A stretch of 53,884 bases of DNA, filler included, from Catajapyx aquilonaris (GCA_000934665.2; 2 parts of 2 records of this genome joined end to end with filler, not necessarily neighbours in it), one strand, 5' to 3'; positions 21,293-34,407 are shown, counted from the first letter of the whole stretch. Translations and numbers: made by a program. The notes: generated from the letters alone by a model not told the origin.

Positions 21293-22451
21293 GTCTCGCG
21301 CAATAATAGTGTTACACCATGCCTCATTATGTGACAGTGAACCGGCGACGGAAATGCGACAATGACAAAGGGATAATTGTTTCCGAGTAATTTGCTCTTC
21401 AAATTAAAGTGTGGCTGGGCACGGAAGTTGGCCTGGAGCCGCGATCTTGAGAAATAAAAATAATAATTACCGAATAACAGATCAATAGTTAAATATATAC
21501 AGCGGTGTGTAGGAGGACACGATAATATATTTCTGTGTATAGGGTAATCCTAGACATCTTTGTTCATTTCTGCGCAGTATTGTAAGCTATAAGATATAAT
21601 TGGAAATGTGAACCAGTAGCTAATGGTATATGGGCTATTAGCATTTTGTCCTGAAACAGCGTCAGGTCGCTTCCGAAATAGAATCAGAGTAATGAATTTA
21701 TTTTTTTGACAGTGTCCTGTCGTTTCAAATTACTTCCTTTCTAGAATATAACAACAGAATAATGGTCATGGACAATATAGCTACACTATATTCGTTTTAT
21801 AAACTGATGATTTAGTAAATCTGTATTCATGTTCTCTTAGGAGATGAGATTGTTCAGGTGACACTTACGTAGGCCTATACGTGACATTTCTTAGCGGAAA
21901 TCAACTTACGAGTCAAACGCCATGAGTCTTTTCCCGTGAGGCTCCTGTCACTTTACACCTTAACTGAATTACTATCCACTTAGTTCATTCCCTTCTTCTG
22001 CGGGTGTAAGTGCAGCTTTGTTGCGCTGACGAAAGAGATGAAAAGATCGGCCTTTTGGCAAAAATAAAGGTAGAAAATTTAATTTCCTGTTCTCACTTGC
22101 CACATTTTATACTGCATTTAATTTTAGCAGTATTCAAATATTATTCGCCACTACACGTGAAGTCCTGCTGTGACACTGCGTCACCAGGCTGTTATGAGAG
22201 CGTCAGAAATACATTAGAATAGATTACGGTATTTTTTGATGATTGCAGGCGAATACATTTCATTTTTACATCCAAAATTAGGTGCAGTAACTTGAATTTT
22301 TCTTTGGTTAGGTGAACCTAGACGGTCGCCACACATTTACGAGTATTTTCATATGCAGTTTTGGTTGGCCAAGACCGCACCTGTAGCTTATACCATTCCA
22401 ATGTAATCAACATCCATCCTACTCAGGATACACTCTGTCTGACTTGTGTAG

Positions 22452-22620
22452 GGGTAATTTCGTGTCAAGTCGATCGATCACCCATCAGACCCGACCCCTG
22501 CCGATTTTAACAGAACCTGACGGATGTATAATACAGGACCAAAATATAATCACGCTAATCCATTCACCCCAAAACAAAGGCGTGGGAGATCACTGAAGTT
22601 GCGGCACAGATGCCCGAACT
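22452..22620. mobile_element. Terminal fragment of a Sola2-like element
   Basis: Starts GGGTAATTTCGTGTCAAGTCGATC, resembling the terminus at 52106; no partner end found. Confidence 0.35.
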
Positions 22621-22879
22621 GAACGCCATTTCTTATATTTTCTTGAATAACTTTACTTCATACATGAAAATTAAGCACACATTTTGAGAGCAATACGTAT
22701 GTTGGACAAATGGAAATGTCACCACAAAACCACTGCGCCTGCAGGTTATATTTCCGGTGTTACAAGGATGAGGTTGCATACTATTCAGGATAACTCTGGT
22801 AACGCGCCACTGCTCCACTCCCGGGCAGTAGAAATATAGTACGTGGAAAATGCGAGGTTATTATTATTATTCACAAGCA

Positions 22880-25550
22880 TTTCAGATTAATTGCCAATTT
22901 GTTGAAGGCGTTGGCTCAGCAAGAATTGACTCGTGAGAATGGGTAGAAGCCCTCCTATGGGTATGTTTTTGACTGTTAGGTGTGTAACTAAACTTCTGAA
23001 TGTGTTGAGACGAGCTTTGCTTGATCAGTTAGTGGAAAACCAATAATGTAATCCAAATCCAAAAAGAGAAGAGTGGTCAAAAGTGACAGCTCAGGGATTT
23101 TCTCTCTATTGGGAACCTAGAGTGCTATCTCTGTGGGCTTTGCAAAAATAATTTCCACACTGCACTACTTTCAAAATAAAACCAACGAAATCTGAACTAA
23201 TCAATATGCAAATCTCACATTAATTGTAAAATGTAAATATCCTATTTTCTCTCCATCATTAAATTGCATTTCTCATTATGATTTTGACATCTACGTATAT
23301 GCCAATGAAATGTTATTCCAAAGTATTGACATCCAGACATCCAGTAACATTTTCAACTCAGCAAGATCCTGGCAGGAAATCAACCCAAGGCAATCAGTAC
23401 AAATCACACTTTATTCTACTTCCCCTAACATCATCATGTCCAATGTCCATCCCTCTCACTTGCAGGACTTCGTTGCCTGCTTCCGAGTTCCATATTGGAT
23501 GAAAAATGTTGACACCAATGTGGATCCATGGTGTTTTCAAGGTGATTCAACCACTACACCAGTAACCCCCTTCACTAACAGCTAGGCCAAATATTCCTAG
23601 ATTTTAGCTTACCTTTACTCTGACTATACGGACAAGATATTTTACAAAAAAAATCACAGCTATGCTTACCTGTTCAGGGACAACCTCGGGGACAACACTA
23701 TGAATGTGTTGGGAATAATTGAAGACGGGGGAGGGGCGGGGGGGGGGGGGNGGGGGGGGGGGGGGGGGGGGGGGGGAGACAAGCAAGGTCCACCTCATGT
23801 GAAACTGAAATAATACCATTTCAAATTTTGAAGGCCCATAAGGTCCTATTCTAAACCCCACTTTCGGGGCCTTCCATAGTGACCTTTGAGCATTACTCCA
23901 CAGCCTCAACCAACCCATATTCTATGCTCGTGAAACTATCTTCTGAGATATGTAACTCATTTTTGACAATAAGTGGACCTTGATCGTTCTTCCCCCAAGG
24001 TCTTCAATTTGACTTCTCTAGAAGTCCCTACATTAAGTTCCAAAAAGAAAGCTGCAGAATAGCTATACTGAAAACGCCTACATTTTTGCTTACATTTACT
24101 CCGACGACAATGACAAGATATTTTACAAATAGTAACATCTATACTTACACATTCATGCTCTTCACTATGAATGTGTTTTAAACCATTTTCCTTGTCTAGA
24201 CGTCCCTAAATAAATTTTCAAAATTGTCACTGTAAAAACTCGAAATTCAAATATACTACCAGCCAACTGTTAGGCCGATTTAATTATGAAATAAATTAAA
24301 ACACACGAAATCTACCCTGAGAACCGTGCCACGTGAATATGATGAAATTGTTGTACTTCGCGAGAATTAAATTAATTCTTGCAGCTTGCTGGCACTTCGG
24401 AAAACTCCCGAATTGATTTGTTTCTTGCGAAGTACAGCGATTTCAGCAAATTCGCCGGGAAAGGTTCTCAAGGTTGTTATTCCATGAGTTTTAATGTAAG
24501 TTATTTCATAATTAAATCAGCCTAACAGTTGGCCAGTAGTATTTGAATTTCGAGTTTTTACAGCGACATTTTTGAACATTTATTTAGGGACTTCTAGATG
24601 AGGAAAATTGTTCCCAACACATTCACAGTGTTTTCCCTGAACAGCTAAGTATAACTGTTATTATTTGTAAAATATCTGGTTCGTATCTTCAGAGTACGCA
24701 TAAGCTAAAATCTAGGTGTTTTCAGCCTAGCACCCTAGCTGGTAGCGAAGGGGTTATGGGTTCCAGGGTGCAACTATTGTAATAGCAGAGGAAGCTCCAG
24801 ATTGGCAGTAGTTCCAAACATTTTGCTCTACAACATTAGTGTGCCGAGAATTGTCCCCAGTTCAGGTTGCGTGAACTGGCACCTTGCAAAGATGATAAGT
24901 AATTAATTTATTGCACATGCAGCCAATCCATAGGAATACCAAACATGATCCCAACCATCTGACATGCAAACAGATAACCCACATTAACAGTAAGGAGTGG
25001 TTGTTTTCAATTCCACCTTGAAAAGAGTTGGTAGGCCTGGGTGAGGAGATGTGTGTGTGTTTGACAGTTTCTGGTCTCCAAAGATTCTAAAAAGTATGTT
25101 TCAATTTATCAGAGCAGTTTCAAACCATGTTTGACCCTGTTTGAGTTCATATTTGCCAAGGTGACATTTGCGCTGAAGTTCTTGATCCCCTCGAGAGTAT
25201 ATAGGATTGAAGATGGGTTGAAACTGAAGTAGGTGGCTGTTGGAGCTCCCTGAACCATCCGGAGAGCATAATTATTGTCGCCGTCAGTCTTGCGCAATGT
25301 TGAGATCACAGGGAGATGGAAACTCAGGGTGGATGTTGGCATCTTGGGCCAAGGTGGTGGCTGTAATCTAGAATAATTATGGGTCTGTCGGTGTTGGCAG
25401 GGTACTAAAGGAACATGTCCAGCATGATTTTCAGGCAGTGGAACCAGTCAAACATTGCACAATTAGCATAATCAGCTTGAGCTTGTGATTTTTCAGGCGA
25501 TGGAAGCTATACTGGATAACCCTTGGGATAACCCTCTCCCCATTCCAACA
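22880..25550 (-). pseudogene. Candidate decayed intronless coding fossil (possible endogenous viral element), split by a MITE
   Basis: Protein-like minus-strand frames with scattered stops and frameshifts on both sides of the 23566-24753 insertion; no motif that I can identify. Confidence 0.3.
23566..24753. mobile_element. piggyBac-like non-autonomous element with long internal inverted repeats
   Basis: CCCCTTCACTAACAGCTAGG / CCTAGCTGGTAGCGAAGGGG termini; degenerate TTAA flanks (GTAA, TTAT); 24170-24380 pairs with 24420-24620. Confidence 0.7.
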
Positions 25551-25801
25551 ATATTAGGCATTTATAGCTTCACTAGTGTGGAAAGCAAATAATACGTTAC
25601 TATTACAAAATAAAACCACCCACAGATCAATTTTATACAGAAAATGTCACTTCAGAAAATAATACTTTATATCAAAAGTTGGTGTTATTGATACAATTTT
25701 TAAAATATACAACCTGATTCCCTCACAACCTTGCAATGTTTCAGTAACATAAATGTCACTAACAAACTGATGTCGCTGTTGCAGCCTCACACTACCAGAA
25801 A

Positions 25802-26748
25802 CTACTGGTATGCACGAAGGGCAGCAGGGTTGTAAAGGCTGTGTATCTTTGCATACATGAACTGAAAAAAGAACAGCAGGTTGTCAAACTGGTGAGGATT
25901 GGATGGTAATGATTGGTACTGAGAAACTAGTTGGTGATGCTCTCCAAGAAAGTAGTAGATGGCCTCAATGGTGGAGAGGTGCGAACGGGGCTTGCCTTGT
26001 TGATAACGCCAGAACATGCTCTCATGAGAACGCAGCTCAACACATGGCAAACCTGGTCAAAAATCATTTCATCACTGAATGGAAGGGAGCAACATTCTAT
26101 CAACATTTCCTTGCTTGATGTCTTGATTCATAGTTAATACAATAATTCTACAGTATATGCACAGTGAATTACTTTTAAAAGTTTCATATAATGTTCTACA
26201 GTGATTAATGAAAGGTTGATGGCAACATAATTAAACCTTCATTACTTTCACAAGCTTCAAACTTCTATCATTTACACTGGTGTTAATGCATTAGTATGTA
26301 ATTGACTTGTGAGAATAATGTAGGAATGATTAAGTGACCAATTTCTCTTCAAGTCCTTCCTCAAAGTTTGTAAAAATTTAGCATCGAAAGAGTTGCAAAC
26401 AATACACTTACTCTTAATTCGTTCATCATTATAGATGCGTTTAGTCTGGTTCCAAGTACTGTCTATGAACACAACTCTCTCCAGTCCTGAACAAGAGTCC
26501 AGCTTCATTCTCTTACTCCTTGACTCTCCATCTTGATTGCAACTACTGTAATATTTCTCAAGGTGATCCTTAAGTGACAGTGCACCCTTCCCTGGAAATA
26601 TGAGGGCCACTTTCTGACGATCATAATCAGGGAAGCAGGGATACGTGTAGATTTGCACATCCTCGGGCGCAAGGACAGCTGCATGGGTGGCTGTGCTCTT
26701 CCCATCTATCTCTCTTGGGTGTTTCACTATGTCGATCTTCAGTGGAAG
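25802..26748 (-). CDS. DTWD1: DTW domain-containing protein 1 (tRNA-uridine aminocarboxypropyltransferase 1), 5'-partial
   Basis: Exons 26748-26412 and 26052-25802, phase-matched. Motifs LPLKIDIVKHPREIDGKSTA, FIDSTW (DxTW), FWRYQ, LSTIEAIYYF, FDNLLFFF. The N-terminal Cys-rich exon was not found and probably lies in the gap. Confidence 0.93.
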
Positions 26749-26964
26749 CTGCGCAAAATTACAACCAGCATGTACTAAGAAGTAAGAGTTTACTTTTTAT
26801 TCTGCAAGCACAGGCAGAGAGGATGTGCTCCAAATAATAATCAGCAAAATGACGAGTTATGGTTACTAATTGATGACTTTCCAGTTGCACGCCCCTAGCG
26901 GCCAAATTTGGCCTGCCATCAAAATGGCGGCGTTAGTTATGCAGAGGCGGGATTTTCCTATCCC

Positions 26965-27064
26965 NNNNNNNNNNNNNNNNNNNNNNNNNNNNNNNNNNNN
27001 NNNNNNNNTTAATTAATTAANNNNNNNNNNNNNNNNNNNNNNNNNNNNNNNNNNNNNNNNNNNN
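26965..27064. other. Assembly gap with artificial TTAATTAATTAA spacer
   Basis: N runs flank TTAATTAATTAA (27009-27020), which gives stops in all six frames. Confidence 0.85.
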
Positions 27065-27816
27065 AGCTTGGTTAGGTGCAACATACCAACCCAACAGGGG
27101 GAACGGCAGCAAAACCGCTGGATTTACTCCAGAGTATGCATCATGTTTTCATGGTGGGAGAATGACATTTCCAAGCACCCGCGATACAGGGTGTACCGCA
27201 AATGTCACATTTTCATGTCATACGCATTTTGGTATGTTACAATATGTCATGCGCATTTTTGTATGCCACAATATGTCATACCCATTTTTTGGATGTCACA
27301 TTCTCATGTCATGCGCATTTTTATGCTACAATGTCATGCGCATTTTTGTATGTTACAATATGTCATGCGCATTTTTGTATGCTACAATATGTCATACGCA
27401 TGTTTGAATGCCTCAATATCCCATACCCATTTCTTGGATGTCACATTCTCATGTTATATGCATTTTTTGTATGTTACAATAATATGATATTGTAGCATAC
27501 AAAAATGCGTATGACATGTTGTAGCATACAAAAATGCGCATGACATGAGAATGTGACATCCAAAATATGGGTATGACATATTGTGGCATACAAAAATGCG
27601 CATGACATATTGTGGCATACAAAAATGAGCATGACATATTGTAACATACCAAAATGCACATGACATGAAAATGTGACATTTGCGGTACACCCTGTATCGC
27701 GGGTGCTTGGAAATGTCATTCTCCCACCATTAAAACATGATGCATACTCTGGAGTAAATCCATCGGTTTTGCTGCCTTTCCCCCTGTTGGGTTGGTATGT
27801 TGTACCTAACCAAGCT
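27065..27816. mobile_element. Foldback-type element with modular TIRs
   Basis: The whole segment is an inverted repeat centred near 27485; the inner arms are tandem ~29-nt units ATGTCATGCGCATTTTTGTATGCTACAAT; the left end abuts the gap. Confidence 0.85.
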
Positions 27817-28125
27817 TTGAACCGCTCCGAACCCGATCCGGAACACGCTCCGAACCCCGCTCCTGAACCTGGTTCAACTCCGGAGCCGTTCGCTCCGAAC
27901 CAGCTCCGACCTTCACTCCACTCTTCCCCTGAACCGGCTTGAACCCGAACCCCGTTCCGCCGCTCGCTCCGGACCAGCTCCGACCTTGGCTCCACTCAAC
28001 TCCGGAGCCGCCTTGAACCCGAACCCCGTTCCGACGCTCGCTCCGGACTCCGACTCTACTGCTCCGGAGCGGGTTCGCTGTTATCGGGTTCACGGAGCAA
28101 GGGTTCGGTTCAGTTCACAACCCTG
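27817..28125. mobile_element. Right part of a hAT-like MITE with GAACC/GCTCCG subrepeats
   Basis: Ends ...TTCACAACCCTG; dense short subterminal repeats. Confidence 0.6.
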
Positions 28126-28149
28126 ATTTTACTTTTAGATGTACAAGCT

Positions 28150-28378
28150 GGTCCTTTTTCGTAACACCCGGGTACCATGAGCGAAGGGGGACGAGTGGGA
28201 GGGGATGTGCAGTAACGTTGCTTTGGTCATTTTTTGTGATCTCCCCCAGGTGGTTAGTCTAGTGGAAAACCTACCCGAGAAGAAGCCAGAGATGACCCCC
28301 TAACTCTGCACGAGATGAAGGGGGGAATGCCTGGGCTTGGTATCGAACCCGGGACCCTTACATACGTAGGCACATACG
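28150..28378 (-). mobile_element. tRNA-derived SINE, family C (5'-truncated)
   Basis: B box GGTTCGATACC on the minus strand (28339-28349); body similar to 38344-38449. Confidence 0.7.
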
Positions 28379-31081
28379 TGGATCTGAATGAGCAAATGCA
28401 CTTGCACAAGTAGTGAACATCTCCCGTGTTTGCCTTTCGGACAACAGATCTGGCAAGCGGTAACTAACGTAGAACATGTTTAACTGATTAGCAAGAGCAA
28501 ATGTGACTTGCCACATGTAAACACACCTTTACATCTGCAAAAATAAAAATAAACTAAAGTACCATTGAAGACATGAACAAGATCCCAAGCTTTTCATAAT
28601 AACAAATAATTATTTTCATATTCAGCACATTTCTTTCTTTGCTACCTGCAGGCTCAACTCTCCATGCAGCAGATTAATGTCACTGCTTTTATTTTAAAAT
28701 AAGTTCAATAAAACATTTTGCTGCTTATGAAACTAATTTCTTCTAAGTTGTACTGCCACAGGTAATATTCCTGGTAACAATACATCTAATTGTAATATCT
28801 AAGTCTATAAACTAATTTCACAGGAGCTGATTTTAAGGGCTAAATTTATATTTTCCCACACTCTCCAGGTCTCATCAGGTCAGTGGTCACACAGTTTTCA
28901 AGAACCCATACTCCCAGAAGAACCTGGAGCAGCACGTGTTATCGTACAACAAAGTTGTCACCAATGTGACTGTCATCTGCAAGTAATAATGCATTTTTTA
29001 AATCCCTTGTATGTAAAAAATTTAGAAATTCTACCATACATGTAAAGATCTTTAGCATGCATTGACTTAAAGAAAAAAACTTTGCATTTTCATTATGACA
29101 TCTTAACTAATTTTTTTAATAATATGCAACTAAATTAGGTCACACCTAAGTGTGCCCAAGTGCTTGTTTGCTGGGGGGAAAATTAAATTTCAAGTTTCCA
29201 AGAGGTAGATGTGCATGATATTATACTGTATATAAAAATTATTTATATAAATTTCTTCCCATACCATATTTAATATAATTATAACCAGAATTTATATCTC
29301 TGAGGAGAGTCACTGTTGTCAAAAATTTGCTGCCTATACATAAGACATATGACATGTACATGATTTGATACAGGCACTCATTCCAATGTAAATGAAATAA
29401 AATTCTTCTGACCAAGTAATCCGATAAGCAGTGACACTTTATAACTCAGTAAATAACTGCTAGACACCAAATTGTTCTGGATACAACTTTTACATAGGGC
29501 CTCCTGAATTCTCACCTTCGCAATACAGTAATGCTTGTACACAACCAAATCAATATGTTCTGCGAAAAAATTAGGCTCTGAACAAGTTTCTTCTTAATAA
29601 GGCAAAAGAACATTTGATTTCCCGAGACCAAATTCCCTCCTCCTCCCCCCCCCCCCCCCCCCNTATTGGACATATTTCTACTGAATCTACACACAAAATT
29701 ATGGCCAGGTTTCACTGTGATTACACACAGTAGAGCCTGGATTATTTCAACTTCCAAATTATCTGCACATCTACATGTTTTGTTATTGACCACTGTTCAC
29801 AGAGTTGTGCTCTGTGGACAGGCATGATGTGTTTTGCCACTTAAATGCTGCAGGTCCTTTTTTGTCAATCAGAGTATGCAATTTCCTTGTACGGATTAAT
29901 AAATCAGATTTTATATTTACACTGAACTTCCATTTCATGCAAGAGACAATTTTTTAAATTCCTCGCTTCAGGGTTCCACAGGATCGAGATTTAAAATTTT
30001 ATCCAAACGCCTCGGTCCTATTTAATCTGGATAATGGAGACTCCACTGTATTTCTTCTGCTACTTATTTCTTACAGATGCTAAAATTAGAAGTCTGTTTC
30101 CTTTAAAATACAGGCACAAAACTTATGTTGAAGGTGTAATAGACAGTGAGGAATTTAATATCATGAACTATGGGTGGAAATTTCATCCCATCTGAACAAG
30201 ACAGTTTGTTTCCAGAATTTTTATTTTTATTTTTTACCCCATGCTGGGCCGTTTCCGGAATAATCATTTCAATCACTAACGGTTAGACCACGCTGACCAA
30301 AAGGGCGAGTACAATTTTCCCATTACAAATGCACTGTGGGAAACGAGTTCTCTTATGAATTTTTTAATGTTTTTAAGGAACGATTCTCATAAGCTGTAAT
30401 ACATATTACCACCACTGGAAAAGTTCACCTTCATCTCTTAAAAATGGACAATACCCTTGCTTTCAATTTCAACATCATCATCATCACCATCACATTTCCC
30501 TATAAGGGGTAGTCAGCAATGAAGGGAGACGCAAGCTAAACCCACATATGAACTAAATTAAATCTTGTGAAAATAAACCTATAAACAACCAGTCCCACCA
30601 CCCCCCCTTGCCACCAGCCACTACCGTACTCCGGATGCCCTGGCTTGATTTGCAAAATAAAGTTTGCGCACTATGAAAATAGGTTGGTTTCATGGGGTGG
30701 CCTTTAACATTTATTTCTTTGCTCACCTGTGGCGGCACAGGTGAATTTTTTGGTGTACAACATGGTAAGCGCTGCCGTAATGGCATCATGCAATTGAAAA
30801 TCTCATTTTTATAACATGTGTTACCTTAAATATTCATTAATGACATTTTTGGAATTGTGGCCAAGTTCACCCTGGCAGCCAACGTCACCCCATTTGATGG
30901 TATTACATACTGACGCAAGGTGTACCGTATATAATTATCAAATGACCTAGGATAAATTATTGCTCTTCATAGCAATCTTCTGTTTGCCGAAGTTCACCCT
31001 CAAAGTTTCTCTGAATTATTAGATAACATCCTACATAATCTGGACTTGTTCATAGCATGTCAGCCAAAAGGTGCTTACTCA

Positions 31082-31775
31082 TATATGGATGGTTCCAATG
31101 AAAAGTAAAGTGAAGCAATATCTCTGGTATTATTTGTGTCAGCTGGGTGATAGTGGTACATCTGAGTAGGCACAAGTGTGGCTAATTGTCATGCAAAGTG
31201 GTTAGTGGTCAGTACCCATGTAGTAGGCAGGACAGCACTTTGTGCAAGACCCGCTAGGATACAGATTCGTCCCAGTGGACACAACATGCTGCCATCCAGC
31301 TCCTCTGCAAGGAAGGCACCATGCCAGTGGACAGTGGTCATGAGATACAGAGGTCATATGGGGAAGCCTGTTTCAACCACAGCACCTTGGTGAACAGATT
31401 GGTGCAGGAAAACTACTAAGGAAATGTTCTCCTGGGTGATGACAACACCTACCTTCCCACATCTGAGAAGGTCCTCCGTGCTCACATGTCCAGCCAGAAA
31501 TTTCCTACACCATTTTAAGATGATGATGTGGTTGAAAATATAGGCATCCCCATATGTCCTTTGCATCCAACAATGTCCATTGGCACAGTGCCTTCCTTGC
31601 AGAGGAACTGGATGATGGTGCGTTGTGCCCACTTGGACAAATTCATAGACTGTGTGGGTTTTGTACAATGATTAGCCATACATATGCCTACTCAGACATA
31701 CCACTAGCGCCCACCTGAAACAAATAGCACTGGAGACATTGCCTTACAATACTTTTCATTTGAACCACCCTTATA
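31082..31775 (-). mobile_element. Internally deleted mariner element with transposase HTH remnant
   Basis: TA-flanked degenerate TIRs (GGTTCCAATGAAAAG / CTTTTCATTTGAACC); remnant MQRTYGDAY...KWCRKFLAGHVSTEDLLRCG resembles the mariner transposase N-terminus. Confidence 0.75.
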
Positions 31776-31934
31776 CTAGTGGACAAGACACATTCAAGGC
31801 ATAGTCACGATGACATGTAGGTTCAACTCAGCTAGATTTGGAAGTTAGATGAGTCGTCCCTGCTATTGTATATGAATCTTCAACATATCTGACCCTCTAG
31901 CGTACCTGCAGCACCCTACATCCAAAATCCTTAA

Positions 31935-32215
31935 CCCTGGAACCATGCCGTGGGGTCTTTTTGGACCCCAAGGAAAAAAATGCATTAAAATGATAATTAC
32001 AATGTACTTTTGCCATTTTTTACAGTATATAACAGGAAGTGCAGGTTTGTTTTGAATTAGCGATCATTTTAGCCATTGTTCAAAGAATGATTGTATCTAG
32101 TCAATACATTGAAAAGTATTATATAATAATGAATAAAAATTAAAATATGGTGGGGTCCGAAAAGACCCCACGAAACAGTTGCCGTAATACTCGTAGGCAC
32201 GGCACGGTTCCAGGG
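31935..32215. mobile_element. piggyBac-like MITE
   Basis: TTAA-CCCTGGAACC...GGTTCCAGGG-TTAA. Confidence 0.88.
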
Positions 32216-32365
32216 TTAATGTTTCATCAGTTCATATCTCCTAATTATAAATTATTTCCATGCAGAAGTCTATGATGCTATACTAGTAAGGTAACAGTAC
32301 TAAAAACACTTGGGATCTTGTATGCCATTATACTCGTCCATTTATTTCATCCTAAAATTCTGCAT

Positions 32366-32720
32366 TTATTAGAAAGTACCAACACAGTTTGTAAATCTGG
32401 TACAGTGCTGGACAGCGACATTTTCCGAAGTGGCAGAATAGCACGTCAAAGTGGCAGAAGAGCACGTCAAAGTGACGAAGTACGAGTCAGGTGAGTAAGA
32501 AATGGTAGGCCCTGGGCGACGTCACCGGTGGGCTCAATCATTCAACTATTGTGCTCAGCCGGTGACGTCACCCAGGGCCTACCATTTCTTACTCATGCAA
32601 CTCGTACTTCATCACTTCCATGTGCTCTTCTTCCGCCTTGGAAAATGTCGCTGGCAGTACTCTACCATTAATGTCCAGCACTGTACCAGATTTACAAACT
32701 GTGTTGGTACTTTCTAATAA
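32366..32720. mobile_element. Hairpin (long-TIR) MITE
   Basis: The outer ~48 bp form a perfect inverted repeat, and pairing continues with indels to a centre near 32542. Confidence 0.75.
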
Positions 32721-33365
32721 GATGTGGGTGGCTGGGTCCGAGGTACATTCGCAGACTCGCTCGCCAGCCACCCGAATCATAAGATGACTATGGAGCGCTG
32801 CCAGTGCCAAATCCTGGGTGGCGGAGACTCTCTACGTTCACAACCGTATTGTTGTAGTTGCAGGGGGCAGGTTTCACCACACATTACAACCATATTCGGG
32901 ATTCTGCAATATGCAACACCGCAGTATCTGCTGGGCTACGATTACAAGCAGCACATCTTTAAATAATTATGGTCATTATTACAACATTGTCCATAGGAGA
33001 CAAAACTAACTGCAAACACTTTCGGACAGTTTTATACATATACTTCATGTGCCATAACTGCATTTCTGATGATTTTCAAAAATCCTCAAAATTGCGGATA
33101 ACAGGTCAGGAACCAACATATTAACTCTCCCCCTGATCCTTTGCAAAATTCTCTGCAAATTAAGTTTATTACAGCAAGTGATATTCCTATAATATGCACA
33201 TGAACAGCAGTTACTTTATGCCGCACTGTTAATCTCTAACGCCATGGTGGGTAATAATCTTAGTGAGCATTTAAACTATGAAAGTACATGGTCCCTAACA
33301 AAGGCTTTATCTTTCTTTTTTTTCCCCTGGAAAATAATTGCACGTGAAATTATTCAGTTTCATAC

Positions 33366-33428
33366 CTGTGTGCTGGAAATCACTCCCAAAAAGACGAGGC
33401 CTGAGAGCAGCAGCAAATAGGTCTTCAT
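33366..33428 (-). other. Orphan signal-peptide-like exon MKTYLLLLSGLVFLGVISSTQ
   Basis: CAAAAC-ATG context, hydrophobic core, donor CAG|GTATG; downstream exons not securely assembled. Confidence 0.4.
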
Positions 33429-33795
33429 GTTTTGTTGACTGGTAAGCCACCCCTGTGCTTCTCAGGTCCCTGCTGGGTTGAAGGAGGTCACAAGACTAGA
33501 CGAGCTTAACGTGAATCGGATATAAAATGTGACTCAGGTGACATCTGCGGACTATTTGGCGGACATCTTGCTTTTTTCTTGAAAAGCGTAGGGGCGCTTG
33601 TTGGCTTATTAGCTATTTAGTGGTGAGTCAACATTAGCTATATATCTTGGCAGTGCTTTTGAAACGTTATAGAGAATATTATTTTCGCTGTGTCACTACT
33701 TTTCTTTGAAAATTGTATCGAAGTTTAGAAGCGTCCTAACGAAAGGCCAGCAAAAGGCAGTATATTGTGATGCAATATGAATCATAATTTAATAT

Positions 33796-34219
33796 AATAA
33801 TAATAATAACAACAATAATAATAATAATAATACATACATACATTACATACATTACATCACGGCTTAATCCCAGACTTGGGGTAGCCAGCGACGACTAGTT
33901 TGTACCTAGCCGTCTCATATGACCATTACAATGAATCTTCCGGTGACTGGTCAGGCCACGCAGAAGATATAATGAGTTTGGTGATGATGAAATCGGTGAT
34001 ATGAACACATACATACAAATATATAAACATACAATGTAAAAAGTTAACAGTATAAACAAAAATATAGAGCAGCTGGAGACTATAGGCCGCCCACTGCATC
34101 CCCTCAGCGACGGTGTTTGGCACCAGGTTGTCATCTTGCCAGCAAGCACCCCTACTTGCGTCCTTCCAGTTCGAACGTTCGGCCCCAAATGGAACGACTG
34201 GCTTCGGCGTCCATGTCTA

Positions 34220-34253
<34 letters not shown>

Positions 34254-34407
34254 TCATACCCCGTTATCAGCCGGCGGCTCTTTAGGGGGGATATTTCTTA
34301 TTTTGTTTTGACTGGAACTCTTCGTTTCGTTTTTACTTCGCTTTTTGGGATAGGATAGGAGAGGAAGGAGGCGGCTGTGGCCTATTAGTTTAGGAAACAA
34401 CTCCGGA
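33796..34407 (-). mobile_element. Composite retro-insertion: truncated SINE A plus a second retroelement 3' end
   Basis: 16-bp TSD AATCATAATTTAATAT at 33780-33795 and 34408-34423 encloses the SINE A 3' half, (TTA)n, about 390 bp ending in (TGTA)n, and another (TTA)n. Confidence 0.8.

Noticed and set aside
27009..27020. TTAATTAATTAA palindrome
   Set aside because: Embedded in N runs; an artificial six-frame-stop spacer.
27068..27690. Cys/His/Met-rich repetitive ORFs and a CRISPR-like appearance
   Set aside because: Translations of tandem units in a foldback TIR; no unique spacers, no cas genes, eukaryotic context.
27673..28093. Pro/Glu- and Gly/Ser-rich ORFs
   Set aside because: Subterminal repeats of a hAT-like MITE.
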